Part shown: positions 1 through 14,500 of the stretch, piece by piece
Layout: the number at the start of each line of letters is the position of its first letter
Position numbering within the stretch: position 1 is the stretch's first letter
Origin: Candidatus Aenigmatarchaeota archaeon
GTDB taxonomy: Archaea > Aenigmatarchaeota > Aenigmatarchaeia > CG10238-14 > SpSt-28
DNA length: 64,000 nucleotides
Direction of reading: 5' to 3'
NCBI GenBank assembly: GCA_032249395.1
Contig: JAVVFY010000003.1
Location: 32,001-96,000, forward strand
Made by a program: the position numbers and the translations under genes
The notes under the pieces: model-generated
The model's database searches: none
The model's input: only the letters and a program-made list of their open reading frames with translations
Told to the model about the DNA's origin: nothing

Positions 1-3000
1 ATAGCAAGTATCATTTAACTCGATAAACCAAATTTGTCTTCCTGTTGTATAATTACAATCTGGGTCGAAATAGTAGGTGAATAGACCATCTGAACCTGTA
101 TATATTTCTATAGGATCTCCAAAGTTATTTCTGTCTTTTGTAATGTAAAGATACCCTTTAATTCCAAGATCTGTGGCATAAGTTCCTCCCTTTGACCAAT
201 CTAGTATGTAACCTTGCAATATTGCTGTTTCATATCCAGGTCTGTAAACACTAGAGCCATCTCCGCTTTGAATATAAACATCAGCCCATTCCTTATCTAC
301 AGTAAATGTTTGTTTTGAAGACTCGCTCTTCAATCTATTATCATAAACAAAAAGATTATCAGTAGCGTTGAATTTGAATGTATGAGTTCCTATATCTGAG
401 CAACTAAATGATGTAGTAAATACTAGCGCATCAGAGCCTTCACAGGGCGGAATACACGTCATTGACCCAATATATTCCCAATCACCTGTTCTATTAATCC
501 AGAGGCTAACGTTAACCAAACTTCCTAATTCTCCTGTTCTGTCTTCATCTTCAACATCAACTTTAAACTGCCAGAGATCTCCCCATCCATTTGTAAAGTT
601 TCCAGCAGTAACATAATAGCTATAAGTAGTCAATGTTGGCCTAGAAGCTAAATAAAATGCATTAGTTTGTTGAGTCGTTAAAGAGTCGTTGTAATATTGT
701 TTACTAGCATTTACACTAACATTCCAATATCCATAAATTAACTCGTAGTTAGAGTTCAAAGTTGAGTTCGTTATATTACAAGCATATGTACCATTGTTAA
801 AGTCTACTACACTACCAATAGACCTACATTCTCTGATGGTATCTCCTCTTTGTATGTAAAAGTTCGTTGTAGCACCTCTAACTCCACCACATTCGTCAGT
901 AACATTCGCCACTAATATCAAATAGTCTGCTGGTGTTGGGGACTTTATGTAAATCTTACCATCTTTTGGAGAAATATAATTAACGTTTAATGTATCTGTT
1001 ACGATTGTTATAGTAAATTCTGAGCTGTTTGTTGGTTTGTAGAAGGGATTGCTATCTAATACTCCAGCTTTCCATTTTTGAGGTCCTATTGCAAAAGAAC
1101 AATCTGGATTAAATTGAGTTAGGGATGTGTTTATATATCCTCCTGGTGAAATTGATGATGTTCCACTAATAGTAATATAATTGTAGAAATCTGTCGTTAC
1201 AAAAATTGCTGCTCCGGGAGAACCAATAGCATATTCTCCTTTATCTACATCGTATACTCTGACAGTAAGAGTTTGTATATTGTTTCCTGGTCGATAAACT
1301 GATGTGCTGTTTCCGACAACATGCTCTATTATCACATCGTCTTTTTTGTAGATTAAGGTTCCATTGTTTGTCTGATATACATTTTGTGGAAAGTCTTTAG
1401 TTTGATTTCCAAAAATGTCTTGATATTCGCTAACGTTGAACATAAATGCGTGTGGACCTACAGCAGATGGAGATCCTAAGACAGTAGGAGATGGTAGTCT
1501 CAACATAAAAGTAATAGTTTTATTTATTCCCCTATCGTATGCAGTCATATTAGATGGAAGTTGATACCATTCTCCATTATCAGTTCTATTTATCCAAAGC
1601 TTTACTTCAAGCAAATCATCGTCTTCGTCAGTAATGTTGACTCTAAATACCCAAAGTTCACCCCAGCCTCCATCTCCCACTCTCCCAAGAGAGTCATAAG
1701 AAATTGTATAGAAGTCTGTTGTTAGAATTGGCTTTGTTTCTATCCAGAAACCTTTTTTCCAAATTTCAAAAATCTCTAAAGTAGAATTGCTATTGTAGTA
1801 ACTTTTGCTTGCGTTAAATGTAACATTCCAACCTTTAGCTCTAAAGCCAGAAGTGTTTAAAGAGCAGGTGTAGTAACCATTTCCTAAATATTCTACAGGA
1901 TTACAATAGTTAACTATAGAACCCTGAGAAACGGAGAAATTGGCATTTGCATAAATTCCACCTTCAATCTCACAATCTGAAGTTATTCTTGCTGTTAGAT
2001 TAACGTTTTGACCATCTGGATAATCTCCTCTCAAATACTTTTCTCCTTTAGGTGAAATCACATCTAAAACCAAATCTCCATAGACTTCTACTGTATAGTT
2101 TTGAGTTGGAGTTGTATTTGTATAAGTTTCAAAGTAGCAAGCATCATTCTCTACTTTAGCAAACCATGCTTGTTTTCCTGTTGAGAATTGACAATCTGGA
2201 TTGAAATCTAAACTTGCATATCCACTAGAATTTGTTTGAGTGTAGTAAGGTTTGAAATTGGTTTGATCATAAGTAACATAGAATGTTAAGTTTGTGTTTG
2301 CTAATGGCAATGAATTTCTTGTTAAATCTAAAGCTCTAATAACAAAACTGACAGTGTTTCCTATGTTGCTATCAGATCTATTAACTTTTGCTCCATCTCC
2401 ACTAACAAGAGTTAGAGAAATTGAATTCTTTGTTATAGCTGGGCCAATTGAAATTTCGCTATCTGATGTGTTAACTCTGTTGAAAGTATCGTTTACCACA
2501 AAGTAGAAGCTTGCTATTCCTTGGTCTTCACAGGTGAAATCGTTAACTTCAATATAACAAACTCCTGGAGTACTTATGGTTTTTGAACCCTTGTGAGCCC
2601 AATTGTCATTTGTTTTTACATACAAACTACAAGTTACAGTATCGTTTTCCGGATCTTCAACATAAGCTGAATAATTGAATAAACTTCCCCAACCTGCTGC
2701 ATTTGGTGTAACATTCAAATTGCTGACAATTGGAGGCCTATTCTCTAACCAGAACCAATTAGCAAATGTTGTTGTGTTAGTGCTATAATAAGTTTTTGAA
2801 GCTTGTATTGTTATGTTCCAATATCCTTCTGCTTTTGATGTCGAATCCCAAGTGCAATTGTAGTTTCCATTATCTTCGTTTATTGGAGAACAACTTGAGG
2901 AATAGCTTCCGCTACTCAATGTTAGCACGTTTGAAACTTCACTTATATTTCCTGAATCTCTAACGCTTGAATTCAAATAGCAATCAGAATAAACATTCCA

Positions 3001-6000
3001 ACTTATGTTTATCTTATCTCCAACATTGAACGTTGAACCGTAAGTTGGCAAATTCAAATTAATGTTCAATTGACCTTTTATTATAAAGCTTGAGTCGCTC
3101 GAATTTGCATCAAAATAACATTGATTACTCGCTATACCAACTTTCCAAGATTGATAACCAACATTGTAGGAGCAATCTGGATTGAAATCATATTCTAGAT
3201 AACCAGAAGCATTAGCATATACAAGATGGCCTTCATCATAAATTCCTGTATCTCTTGTGAACCAGAAGTATCCTTTAACATTTTCTTGACTCAAATCTAA
3301 CCAAGCATTCTTGTCAACATCATAAACTCTAACAACAAACTTTCCATAATTATTGCCATATCTCAAAACTTCTGATGGTACTGATATTGAATAGAATGAA
3401 ACTGTATCTTTTGTTAGCGTAACTGTTATCGGAGATGTCTCATTTCTCAAGCCATATGAGTCGCTAACATTTAGCTTTAGCAAAATTGTTGAGTTTATCA
3501 AATATTCGCTACAATTGAATGAAGGATTAAACTCAAAGTAGCATGTTCCCGTACAATCGCTTGAACTCTTTGAATCAACATAAACCCAATTTACTCCATC
3601 GTATGATTTCCACAAGCTTATGTTTACTGGGTCGCTTGGGTCTGCATCTAAAACTAAAGCACTAACCAAAAAGTAACTTCCCCAACCACCAGAGTCTCTG
3701 TTTATTGAATATGAAGTTATAGCTGGCTTTCTTCTAACTTGGAAAGCATTTGATTTGTATGAATAAGTATCGTTGTAATACTGTTTGCTAACGTTCATGC
3801 TTATATCATACCAACCTATTAGACCAGAACTTGGGAATGAACAAGAATAAGTACCATTACCATAATCATTTACTGGAGAACAAGTTGAATGAATTGGTTC
3901 TATTGTAAATATTGTTGATGTTCCACTTACTCCAGAACTACAATCATCAGAAACATTCCCAACAATCAATATTGGATCTCCTTCTGCAATAACATTTCCA
4001 TTCGGTTGTAATATAGATGAAGTTAAGCTTCCGTAGATTACAACAGTGTAGTTTTGCGAGGCATTGCCAAAGTAATAGCTATCTCCATCAAAAGCTGCTC
4101 TCCAATTCTTTACTCCAACGGAATATCTACAGTCTGGGTCGAAGTTTAATGTAGCAAAGCCTGAAGATGTTGTTGTTCCGTATCTTATCCAACCTGAGTC
4201 TGAGCTAACGTTTATGTATGTTGTGTCAGAACCTTTATCTAATGGTAAATTCGTGAAAGCATCATACAATCTTGCTTCCAATATTGTTGTGTTTGTTCCA
4301 ACTCTACTAACCCAAGAATTGTTTCCTTGTGAATATACCCAATAAGTTCTTCTCTTCGTTACATTAAATGTTTGAATACTTGTTTGAGCTACTCCACCAT
4401 AATTATCGCTAGCGTTTATGAACCATTCATAACTTCCAATATCACTTCCTGAAGTGTAAGATTTTTGTAGAGTTACCGTTACATTTGTACAATTGTTACA
4501 AATTGTAGAAGCTGCTAAACTAAATGCTCCATCTGGCAACTTTCTTATCCATAAGCTAACGTTAACAATATCGTCTTCATCAGTAACATTAACTTTGAAT
4601 GTAAATGTTGAACCCCAAGGAGCCTCTGTTGGAGTTACTGATGGTGCTACTAAAACTGGTGGAACTTCATGGAAGAAAGCGTTTTGTTTAACTTTTGAAG
4701 CATTGTTGTACAAATCTCTAGAAGAATACATGAAAACTGAATACCAACCAGGAGGATTGTTTGAAATATTCCAAGTGCAAGTGTAATATCCGCTAACATA
4801 AGATGCAAAACAGTAATCTTCAAATGCTCCATGCTTTACTTTGTAGAAAACATTAGCATCATTTATTGGATTATTGCATTCATCATTAACTAATCCGCTT
4901 ATCGTCACGTTTTGATTTGATAAGTAAGCTTCTCCATTTGGCTGAGAAATCGTGTTGTTTAGCCATCCTTTAATGTTTACAGTTAATGTTAAAGTTGAGT
5001 TTGCATTTTTGTAACAAGCATCGTTTACTATTCCTGCTTTCCAATATTGTGTTCCAACGTTATAAGAACAATCAGGAGTAAAGACAGCCGAAAGATAGCC
5101 ATTATCTCCTGAAGCTTCCCATGCACTTCCATAATTTACTCCATCATAAGTAACCCATATCTTACCGCTAACATATCTATCTACAAATTGTTTATTGTCT
5201 CTATCGTAAACCTTTATTTTCAGAGTTACACCCTCGCTTCTATTAACCCAAGAGTTATTTCCTAAAGAGTTTGAATCGTAAACGAAATCAACATCGTCTT
5301 TATCTAAGTTAAAGCTTATTGGTGCCATATCAGTCGTGTTTCTTGGATCTGTTGCGTTGAACTTAAAGTAATATGTTCCTATATCGCTACAAGTAAAACC
5401 AGAATAATAAAATGTTAACTCTCTTTTGCTTCCACAATTGTAGCACATTTGAGATGAAATGTAATTCCAATTTACCCCATCTTTAGATAGCCATAAACTA
5501 ACGTTAACATCATCAGCATTGGCATCGCTTACATTGACTTTGAAAGTGTAGTTTTCTCCCCAACCCCAATCGTCCTCTGGAAAAACTGTTGCATCTTCTA
5601 AAACTGGAGGTTGCCAAACGTGAATTATTCTAAATACAGAAACATTTGTGAAGCTTGCGTCGTTATAATAAATAACATTAGAAGCGTTTACTCTAACATT
5701 ATACCATCCTTCTTTTGCTTCAGTAGCGTTGAAAGTACATGAATAAGTTCCATTGCCATAGTCTTGAACGTTATCACAATTATAAACATCACCAAAACCA
5801 ACGCTTATTGGTTCTATTGTTACTGTTGCTCCACTTATGTTTCTCAACTTACATTCATCTTGAACAAAGACGCTTATGTTTATGTAGAGTTGATTTTCTC
5901 TGTAGTAAGTAATTCCATTAGGATAAACAACAAATGGAACCAAATCTCCTATAATCGTTACATTGTATGCTTCGCTGGAAGCATCTTTGTAGCAAGCGTC

Positions 6001-8580
6001 AGCTTGAACATAAGCTACCCAATTTTGCCTTCCTGCATCATATCTGCAATCTGGGTTGAAATTGTATTCTACATATCCACTTGAATTTGTAGAGTTGCTT
6101 CCATCTGTTATAAATGCTGTTCCATTGAAAATGTTAAACCAAACTCTCGGATAGTATTGAACTCCTATTTGAGAGAATGCTGGAGAATTCTTATCTCTAT
6201 CTAAAACATAAATCATGAACTTTGTCGAATTATTTCCGTTTCTGTTAACATAACTTTCGTTTCCTAAAACATAGATTAGAGAAATGTCATCCTTTCTCAA
6301 AGTATGAGAAATGGCGCTTGTGTTTGAATATGTCTGTGGAATATCTGGCTCACTCGCATTAAACATGAAATATCTAATAGCTGCTTGCTGATAATCTGAA
6401 CAAGTGTAATCTCTAGTAAAGTTAACCAAAGTGTAACTTGGATTTTCTATAAATCTACAATCTGTTACTGACCATGGTCCATCTGAAGATGTAGACTCTA
6501 ATAAGCAAACGTTTACGCTAGCATAATGATTAACTATAACGCTGAAATTGTGAATTTCGCCCCAAGAACCATCGTTTGGATACTCAACTTTTGGATTGAT
6601 TAACTCTACTGGTTTTATAAGGAAGAAAGCGTTTTGTTTAAATGATGAAGCATTCAAATAGTATTGTTTTGAAGATTCCATTGATACATTGTACCAACCA
6701 CCAGATTTTCCTGTAGTATCAAACTCACAAACGTAAGTATTTGAAGTGTTTGTTATATAGCCTGAAGATGGACAATAATATTCGTTTGAACCAGAAGTTA
6801 GTTTGAATCTAATGCTTGCATCGCTTATTGGATTCCCACAATCATCATAAACTTCTCCAATCAAATAGATTTTTTCTCCAGCAGTATAGTTTCTATCTCC
6901 AGTTGGAGAGATTATACTGTTTGCTAAACTTCCAACTATTATAACATAGAATTCTTGTGAACTATTGCTCTCATAACAAGCACTACTAACATTAACCTTC
7001 CATTTTCTTAATCCAACTGAATAAGAGCAGCTAGGATTAAAGTTTATGAAGTAATGAGTTTCGTTTGAATAAACAATTTCTTGCTCCCAATTAACATCAT
7101 CTTTAGTTACGTAACCATAAACTTCGTCAGTTGAAATTTCAGTTGTGTAGTTTCCAAAGACTAAATTCTTTATTCTAACCGTCAAATTAACAGTATTTCC
7201 TATCACGCTATCGCTTCTGTTAACAACACTATTATTGCCAGAAGAATAATCTATGGAAATTGGAGTTTTTGTTATGTTGAAAGCTATTACCTGAGTTTCG
7301 TTTTTGAAGGTTGTTGGAGAAGTTGCATTGAATTTGGCATACCAGCTTCCTATATCGCTACAATAAAAGCTTTTCTGAGTAAAGAATTGATAGTTGTTAC
7401 AATTTACGCAAACGCTTGAATTTTCTAATTGCCAATTAGAATTTTCTCTTTTTAGCCATAAGTAAGTGTAAACAGGTTCTCCATCTTCACTTGTAACATA
7501 AACACTAAAGTTGAATGGATTTATTTGCCAGCTTCCTTTTGGATATGGAGAAACTTGAGGATTATCCAGCTTTATGTTTGACGCAACGAAAAATGCATTT
7601 TCTTTAAAGTAAGTTCCATTCCAGTATTTACCAGCTTCGCTTCCTTCAGCAAAAGCTATCATCGTAACGTTATACCAACCAAGAGGAGCATCTTGTGGAA
7701 TTGTCCATGTTGTATAAGTTAGTGGAGCAACTATAGTATAAACTGTGGAGCCGTGAGAAATTATATATTCTACTCCAAAAGATGCACTATCTGTTTTAAC
7801 TAAGCCACAATCATCTTTTATAATGCCATCAAACTCAACAACTTGTCCTCTAGTATAGTTTCTAGAGCCATTTGGATAAAGCATGTAAGAATTGCTTAAG
7901 TCTCCTATCAACCAAAATGGTATTATTGGTGTCACATTATCTTTGTAAGTTGAAGCTCCAAAAACTCCTCCTTTCCAATAGTTTTGCCCCAAGTAATAAT
8001 CTGAAACTTTACACCAACTATCAGAAGTATTTTGCATTGTTCTAACTACATAACCTGTTGAGTTTGCTGAGAGAGATGGAGAAATATCAAAAGTTTCGTT
8101 GCTTCCGTATTTTGATATAAATATTCTTGCTTTTCCTTCATCTACTTGACCGAGCTGCAAATAGTAAGGATAGGTTTGATTGTCGATATCAAAAACAAAC
8201 ATAGTGAATTCAAAAGGCATGCTTCTGTTAACAGTTGCATTTAATATTGGCTGTATTCCAAAAACGCTTATATCGTCCTTTTCAATCGTATAAGCATATC
8301 CTAAAATTTCTGATGAACCATCTGCATTAGTTGCATTGAATTTGAAACTCCAAGCTCCAATAGCGCTTCCATCATATTTGAATGAAAAGTTTAGTTGAGT
8401 CCATTGCAGACAATTGTAACAAACTTGAGAACCAATCAACGAATATTCACTTGCTCCCATTCTATGCCAAGCATAAACAATAACATCTCTTCCAAATCTA
8501 TCTCTCACATAAACTCCAAACTTATAATTCTCTCCCCAACCTCCAACATTTCTAACTTGATCGTCTATGTAGAGAGTAGC
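1..8580 (-). repeat. Tandem array of ~9 degenerate ~320-360 aa protein repeats inside the giant ORF (last copy cut by the window edge)
   Basis: G-x-W-G-like anchor recurs at ~8539, 7531, 6565, 5562, 4616, 3685, 2690, 1665 and 585 (spacing ~930-1080 nt). F-[NDT]-P-[DS]-C anchor recurs at ~7030, 6050, 5070, 4130, 3175, 2195, 1100 and 60. Confidence 0.85.
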
Positions 8581-11500
8581 ATTGGTTAATAGTGGCGAGT
8601 ATTTATAGATTTTTGATTTAACGAACAAGTTTTGAGTTTCATTGAAGAGTTTTCCAGTAGACCAAACATAAGCAATTTTCTCTATGCTAACATTTGAGTA
8701 AGGATTGGTGCTTGAATCTGCATAAGTATCTATGAAAATATTTCTCAAAGAATTAACAAAGTTTGTTGAATCGTTGCTGTCAATTGAATAATTGCTCCAA
8801 ACTTTTGATAAAGCTAATGAATGAGAATAATTTTGCCAGAATATTCTTTTGTTCAATAAATCATCTGCAATTGAAACCTTTGCCTCAGCGATTGTTAGAT
8901 TTTCATCTCCAAAACTATAGTTGATTAAAAATGCAATTTCTTTCATTTTTTCATATCTTGCGTTAATTGGTTTTGTAAACACGAATGGATAAGTTAAGCT
9001 ACAAGAGTTTCCATAACAAGAAATTGAAGTATCGTTAACAAAATAGCTTTCGCTTCTCGTATCCAAAATTCCTTCAGCAACCAAAACTTTCTTTCCTTCT
9101 AATGAACAATTCAAAGTGAAGTTTAAGTAAGAAGAAGAATATACACTCAAAGATGGTAAGCTCCAAGATATCTTTCTTGTTGATGGATTGAAAGTTCCGC
9201 CATTATAAACATTTAAAACGTCGCACTCTTCTGGAATGCTTAAATAAACGCTCCATCCAGAAGCTGTTGTATCGCCAATATTAGTTACTTTAAGGCTGTA
9301 ATTGTAAGCTCTGTTTAGTTGAGAAGATCTTACTTCTGGCCATGGATATTCATCTTGCTGTATTGCCTCTATATCGAATGATAGATGAGACTCTTGATTG
9401 TAAGAAGCTGTTGAAACTGTAAATGGATTTTCTTCTTCAAAGCTTTTTCCATCCCAACTAACATTAAACTTGAAGCTTCCAGTTTTCGAATAAATATTTG
9501 GTGCTTTTACTTGATAAGTTAGAACTGCATACTCATTTACATCAATGTCTCCAAGATTCCAAATTACCAAATTGTTTATCAAATCTACTGAAGAAGAAAG
9601 CAACTGAACGCTGCTCCCATAAACGTTTGTTTTAATGCTTGGATTTGCTGGAGTCCAACCACTTTCCAAAGTCTCAATTATTGTTGCACCAGAAGCTTTA
9701 GCACATCCTTTGTTGTGAACTACTAATCTACTTTCGAAAACTTTATCTGGTGAAACAAATGGAGGAGTTTCTCTTATGACTTCAAGAATTGCTATTGAAT
9801 TGCTTTCTTGAATTTGGAAAGTTGCTGTTTTTGTTTTTTGAGTTATGTGATTGTAATTAACAATTGCTTGAATGTTTGCCAACTCGCTTGTTGAATTGCT
9901 CGAAGTTAAAGTGAACTGAGCATAATACTTTCCGGGAGTTATTGCTTTAACAAGTTGATAAGATGGGGTGAATGTCCAGCCAGTTGGAACAGAAAGAGTT
10001 ACATTGTAATCTATTTCTTCGTTGAATGGATGATATATTTCTACAATGAATGGTTCGCTAGTGGAATTGCACATCCAATTGCTTCCTTTAGCATTAACAG
10101 TAACGTCTTTAATGGTTAATAATTCAACTCTAGTAGAAACGTTTGAATTGTAAACAAATGTTGCAATTATATTGTAATTTCCTTCACTCCAAGCTTGAGT
10201 ATCAATGTTTGAGAAGTTTGCTATGTAACTAGATTTTTGATTCAAAAGTAAAGGTGAGCTAGATGAATAAACAACATTACCATAAGCATCTGTTATGTTT
10301 AAGTAAAGCGTTCCAGAAATTTGTTGGTTGAATGAGTTTGAAAGAATTACAGAAATGTTCAAGTATCTATCTGTTTTTTCCAATCCTTTTACAGAAATGC
10401 CATTAACGTTTGTATCTACATCTTGAATCAAAACAGTTTCATTGTAGTAAGCAGAAAGCTTTAGGCCAGAAATGTTTACAGGATTGTCACCAATGTTTGT
10501 AATTCTTATTTTGCAATAGCCAGTTTCACTTGGCTGAATTTGTTTTTCTAATATTGGAATGAAGAGAGAAGATGGAGAAGTGAAGTAGAGAGAATGAGAA
10601 ACATCTAACCAATAAGTTCCGTTGTAAACCTCTATTCTAATTTTTCCATCTTGCAAGCTTGAGGAATAAGTGGAAATTGAAAGATTAGCTATTCTGTAAC
10701 TTCCAGCTTCACAAACAAAATTGAACTCTTTAGCTTCATTTGAATTGAGCAAATATGGCAATTCTTCTTGAGAAAAAGTTTCACTCATGAACTTATAAGT
10801 AAAAACATTTATCGTTAAGCTATCGTTTTCGGCGTTGCTTGAATTAACAAATATTATTATTTGGTTTGACGAATAGGTTGTTGGGTAAATGTTGAACCAA
10901 ATTGTTTTTAATTCTCCAACGCTAACATTTCCAACATATTTTGTTGTTGAATCTGCTTGCCACCCAGTTGGCAAAGTCAAATTAACATAAACATCATTCG
11001 CTACAGTACCGCTTGGTCCCAAAGTTCCAACTGTAACTCCAAGAGTGAAGTTTTTGTATTGGAAGGCTTCTTTTGGTTGTTTGATTTCTCCTATTTTTAT
11101 TTGAGGTTTACAACCAGAAGTATCTATTGAAATGTTGAAGTAGCTTGTTGTGTATGGCTTGTAATATGGCTCATCTGAAGCTATTTCAGCATACCAATAT
11201 TGATCTCCGCTAGAAAAGCTACAATCTGGAGTAAAGTAGAATTCTGCGTATCCAGAAGAGTTTGTTATGTTTGATCCTATAATTTTATCGTAAAGGCCAT
11301 TATACTTTATTCTAAATGTAACAGTTGCTGCCGGATTCAAATTGTAGGTTTGTGCATCTAAATCGTAAACTCTAACAACAAACTTAGCTGATTGAGCAGG
11401 AGAATATTTAGCAAAGCTATTGTTACCTTCTACATAGCTTATATTAACATCATCTTTTTCTACAGTTACATACAAAACTTGAGTAGTTTCTGCCCCATCC

Positions 11501-14500
11501 ATCTTAAACTGATAATACCAATTTCCTATGTCGTTTGCAGTAAAGTTTCTATACCAATACTTTGTTGAATTTATGCAATTGGAGCATTCATTCGGAGTTT
11601 GATTTATGCAAGTTGGGGCTTCACATTTGAATATTGGCGGCCATGTTTTTCCCATATACAAGCTAACGTTTAGAACGTTTTCTGAATCACCTGAAGAAGC
11701 TTTTACCGAAAAGTTCCAATTTGGATAACCCCAACCTTCAGATAGTGGATAAGCTTGTGGATTTTCCAATTTTTTGATTGGCAACAAGTAGAACAAGCCA
11801 GGATATAAAGCATTAACTGTTGAGTTGGGATAATGATAATCTTTACTTGCATACATTGTTGTGTTGTACCAGCCCATTGGAGTTAAAATATCAGTTTGCC
11901 AATCGCAAGTGTAAGCGTTAGCACCTACTTGATATACTGGCAAACATTCAAAGCTTTGAGTTGATTTATTAGCAAAGAATCTCACGTTTGTTGTTAATGC
12001 ATCTCCACAATCATCAGTAGTTGCTCCTAAAAAGCTTACTTTTTGTTCTTGTGTGAAGTTTGTCGTACCATCTGGCTTTTGGAAGTTTAAGATTATATCT
12101 CCTGTAACCAAGACTGAAAGATTGACAAAATTTTCTGTTGAATTATCAAAGTAACAAGCATGACCACTAACAACTGCCTTCCATTTCTGATATCCAACTT
12201 GATATTTTGGCGAGCATTTTGCTTGGAAGTAGTAATTAGCATAAGCTGATTCGTTTGTTGAATTAGTTGTTCCAGAATCGTAAATGTTTCCATCTAATGT
12301 TACGTAAAATGTTACTGGCAAGTTTGTTATTAGAGTGTTATTCTTATCTCTAACCCTCAAAGCAAGCAAAGTTGTTGTTTTTCCTCTTCTCGTTTCTGTA
12401 CCATTGCCAATAATATCTTCAAAGAATATTGTGTCTTTTGTTATTGTGAATGTTGTTGAAGTTGAGTTTGTTGTTCCTGCATTGTTTGTAGCGTTAAACT
12501 TAACGAAAACTGGAGAACCTATATCGCTACAATCGGCGTCAAACTCAAAAGTAAAGTTTATCCAATCTCCAGTATTTCCAGCACCTGGAGCAGGATAAAC
12601 ATCACAACCTACTAACCTCCAAGGCTCTGAACCAGTTTTGCTAAAGTATGAGCAAACTTGAACATCGTTTTCTGAATTTGTAACTCTAACGCTTACATTA
12701 AAAGTAAAGTTGAATCCCCAGCTTCCAGTGGAAGTTCCTGTTTCTTTTGAAATTACCAGTGGATTTTCCATTTCAATGGTTGCTGGTGGTAAGCCAACTA
12801 AAACATCATTGCAAGACATTACTTCAGTTGAATTTTCAGTTGAATTTGCTCTTATGCAAATTGTGTAAGTTCCTGCAGTATTTGCTGTAATGTTCCATTT
12901 TGCTTCTCTAATTCCGTTCAATTCTATAGTTCCAAGGTAATTGACGTCACTTAAATCACCAGTAGCATTTCTAATTTCTAAAACTCCTGGGCCAGTGTAA
13001 TTTATTACAGCAATAACATTGCTTGCGTTTCCTGGGCCAAAGTTTGTTATTGTTGAGCTTGCATTGAAAGGCTGATTTAAAAATGGATTGTTAGGAGAGA
13101 AGCTTGGTTGACTAACTGTTAAACTTGCTCCACATGCAATGAAAATATCATATGGTTCGTCTAAGAATGTGAATGTTCCGTTTGTTGGAATTGCTTGAAA
13201 TCTGAAAGTACCATTGGTCTGGAAAGTTACATTAATTGTGTAATTGTAAATTTTAGTTCCGTCAAGTCTTCCGAAGGGTGAACCAAAATTTATTCCTCCG
13301 TCCCAATTGATTTTTCTTGCATCATCTATTGTTGCTGTTGTTGGGAGGGATGACCAAGGATATTGAAATATTAAATCTTGCGGGTGCGTTACTGTAATGT
13401 TATATTTATTTTCTGTAATATTTGCATTTATCAATGGTAAGTTGCCTTTATTCCATGTTTGTAAAGATACATTGAAAATACCGCAACCTACAGTTGATGG
13501 AAAACCTGTTTTATAGCTTGTTGAAGTATCATTGTAAAGTCTTTGTGTTTTGATCCATGGACCTTCTACAACTAAAGGTATAACATCATCAGTAAACAAC
13601 CACATTGTTGGAGATTGAGCAGTGTAAGATCTTCCTATAGTTCTAATAAATATATGTTTTCCTCCTGGAGTAATATGAGGTATATTGCTAACATCTAAAT
13701 TGAAAGTAAGAGATACAAAACCATTATTTGATGGAACTGAAAACAATAAACCTCCTTTAAACCAAACGGTCCATCTTACAACCCATCCTTCATCGGGAGA
13801 ACCATATGGATAGCCTGGTGCTGGTGGGACACCAAGATCAGCTCCTGCTGAGCTTCTCCAAACAAAATTTTTCGGAGTTAAACCCGGTGGGAAATGTATT
13901 TCAACATCGTAGATATCGCTAAAAGTACCAGCTCCACCCCCACTTCCAAAAAGTCTAATTTCTACGCCAACATTTGTAGAATTTGCAGGAATTTTAGTGA
14001 TGTTTATTCCATATACAGTAGAACCTCCGGCTCTACCACTTCTTGCAGGGAAGAAAGCTAATTCCGGATCTGTTGTTATAGAGAAAGTTTGCCCAGTTAC
14101 AGGATCATTCCATACAACTTGAGCTATAAATTCCTCTGGAAATGTATCTCCACTACCAGGATATCTAACTAAAAACCATTGGCATTGTGAAGTTGAAATA
14201 TTGTAATTTAGCCATTTGACTTCTCCTTTTACAGGAGTTACGCTAGCTGCTGGTACTTGAAAATCTGATGCTGATAAAGTACGAGTAAAATCTGTTAGGT
14301 TATAAGTTATATTGTAGTCACCATAGTTACATACCGTAATATTGCGCCAAACCGTACCGCTACCAGCTGATTGAGTTACTGCAGTTGCATAAGAAGGTGT
14401 TACTGTTGTTAAAGTTAGTGGAGAGGGTTTAATTCCTAAAGACTCTACTTGGAATATTTTATCATGAACGATTTCTGGTTTGTTTGGAGATTTTATTCTA

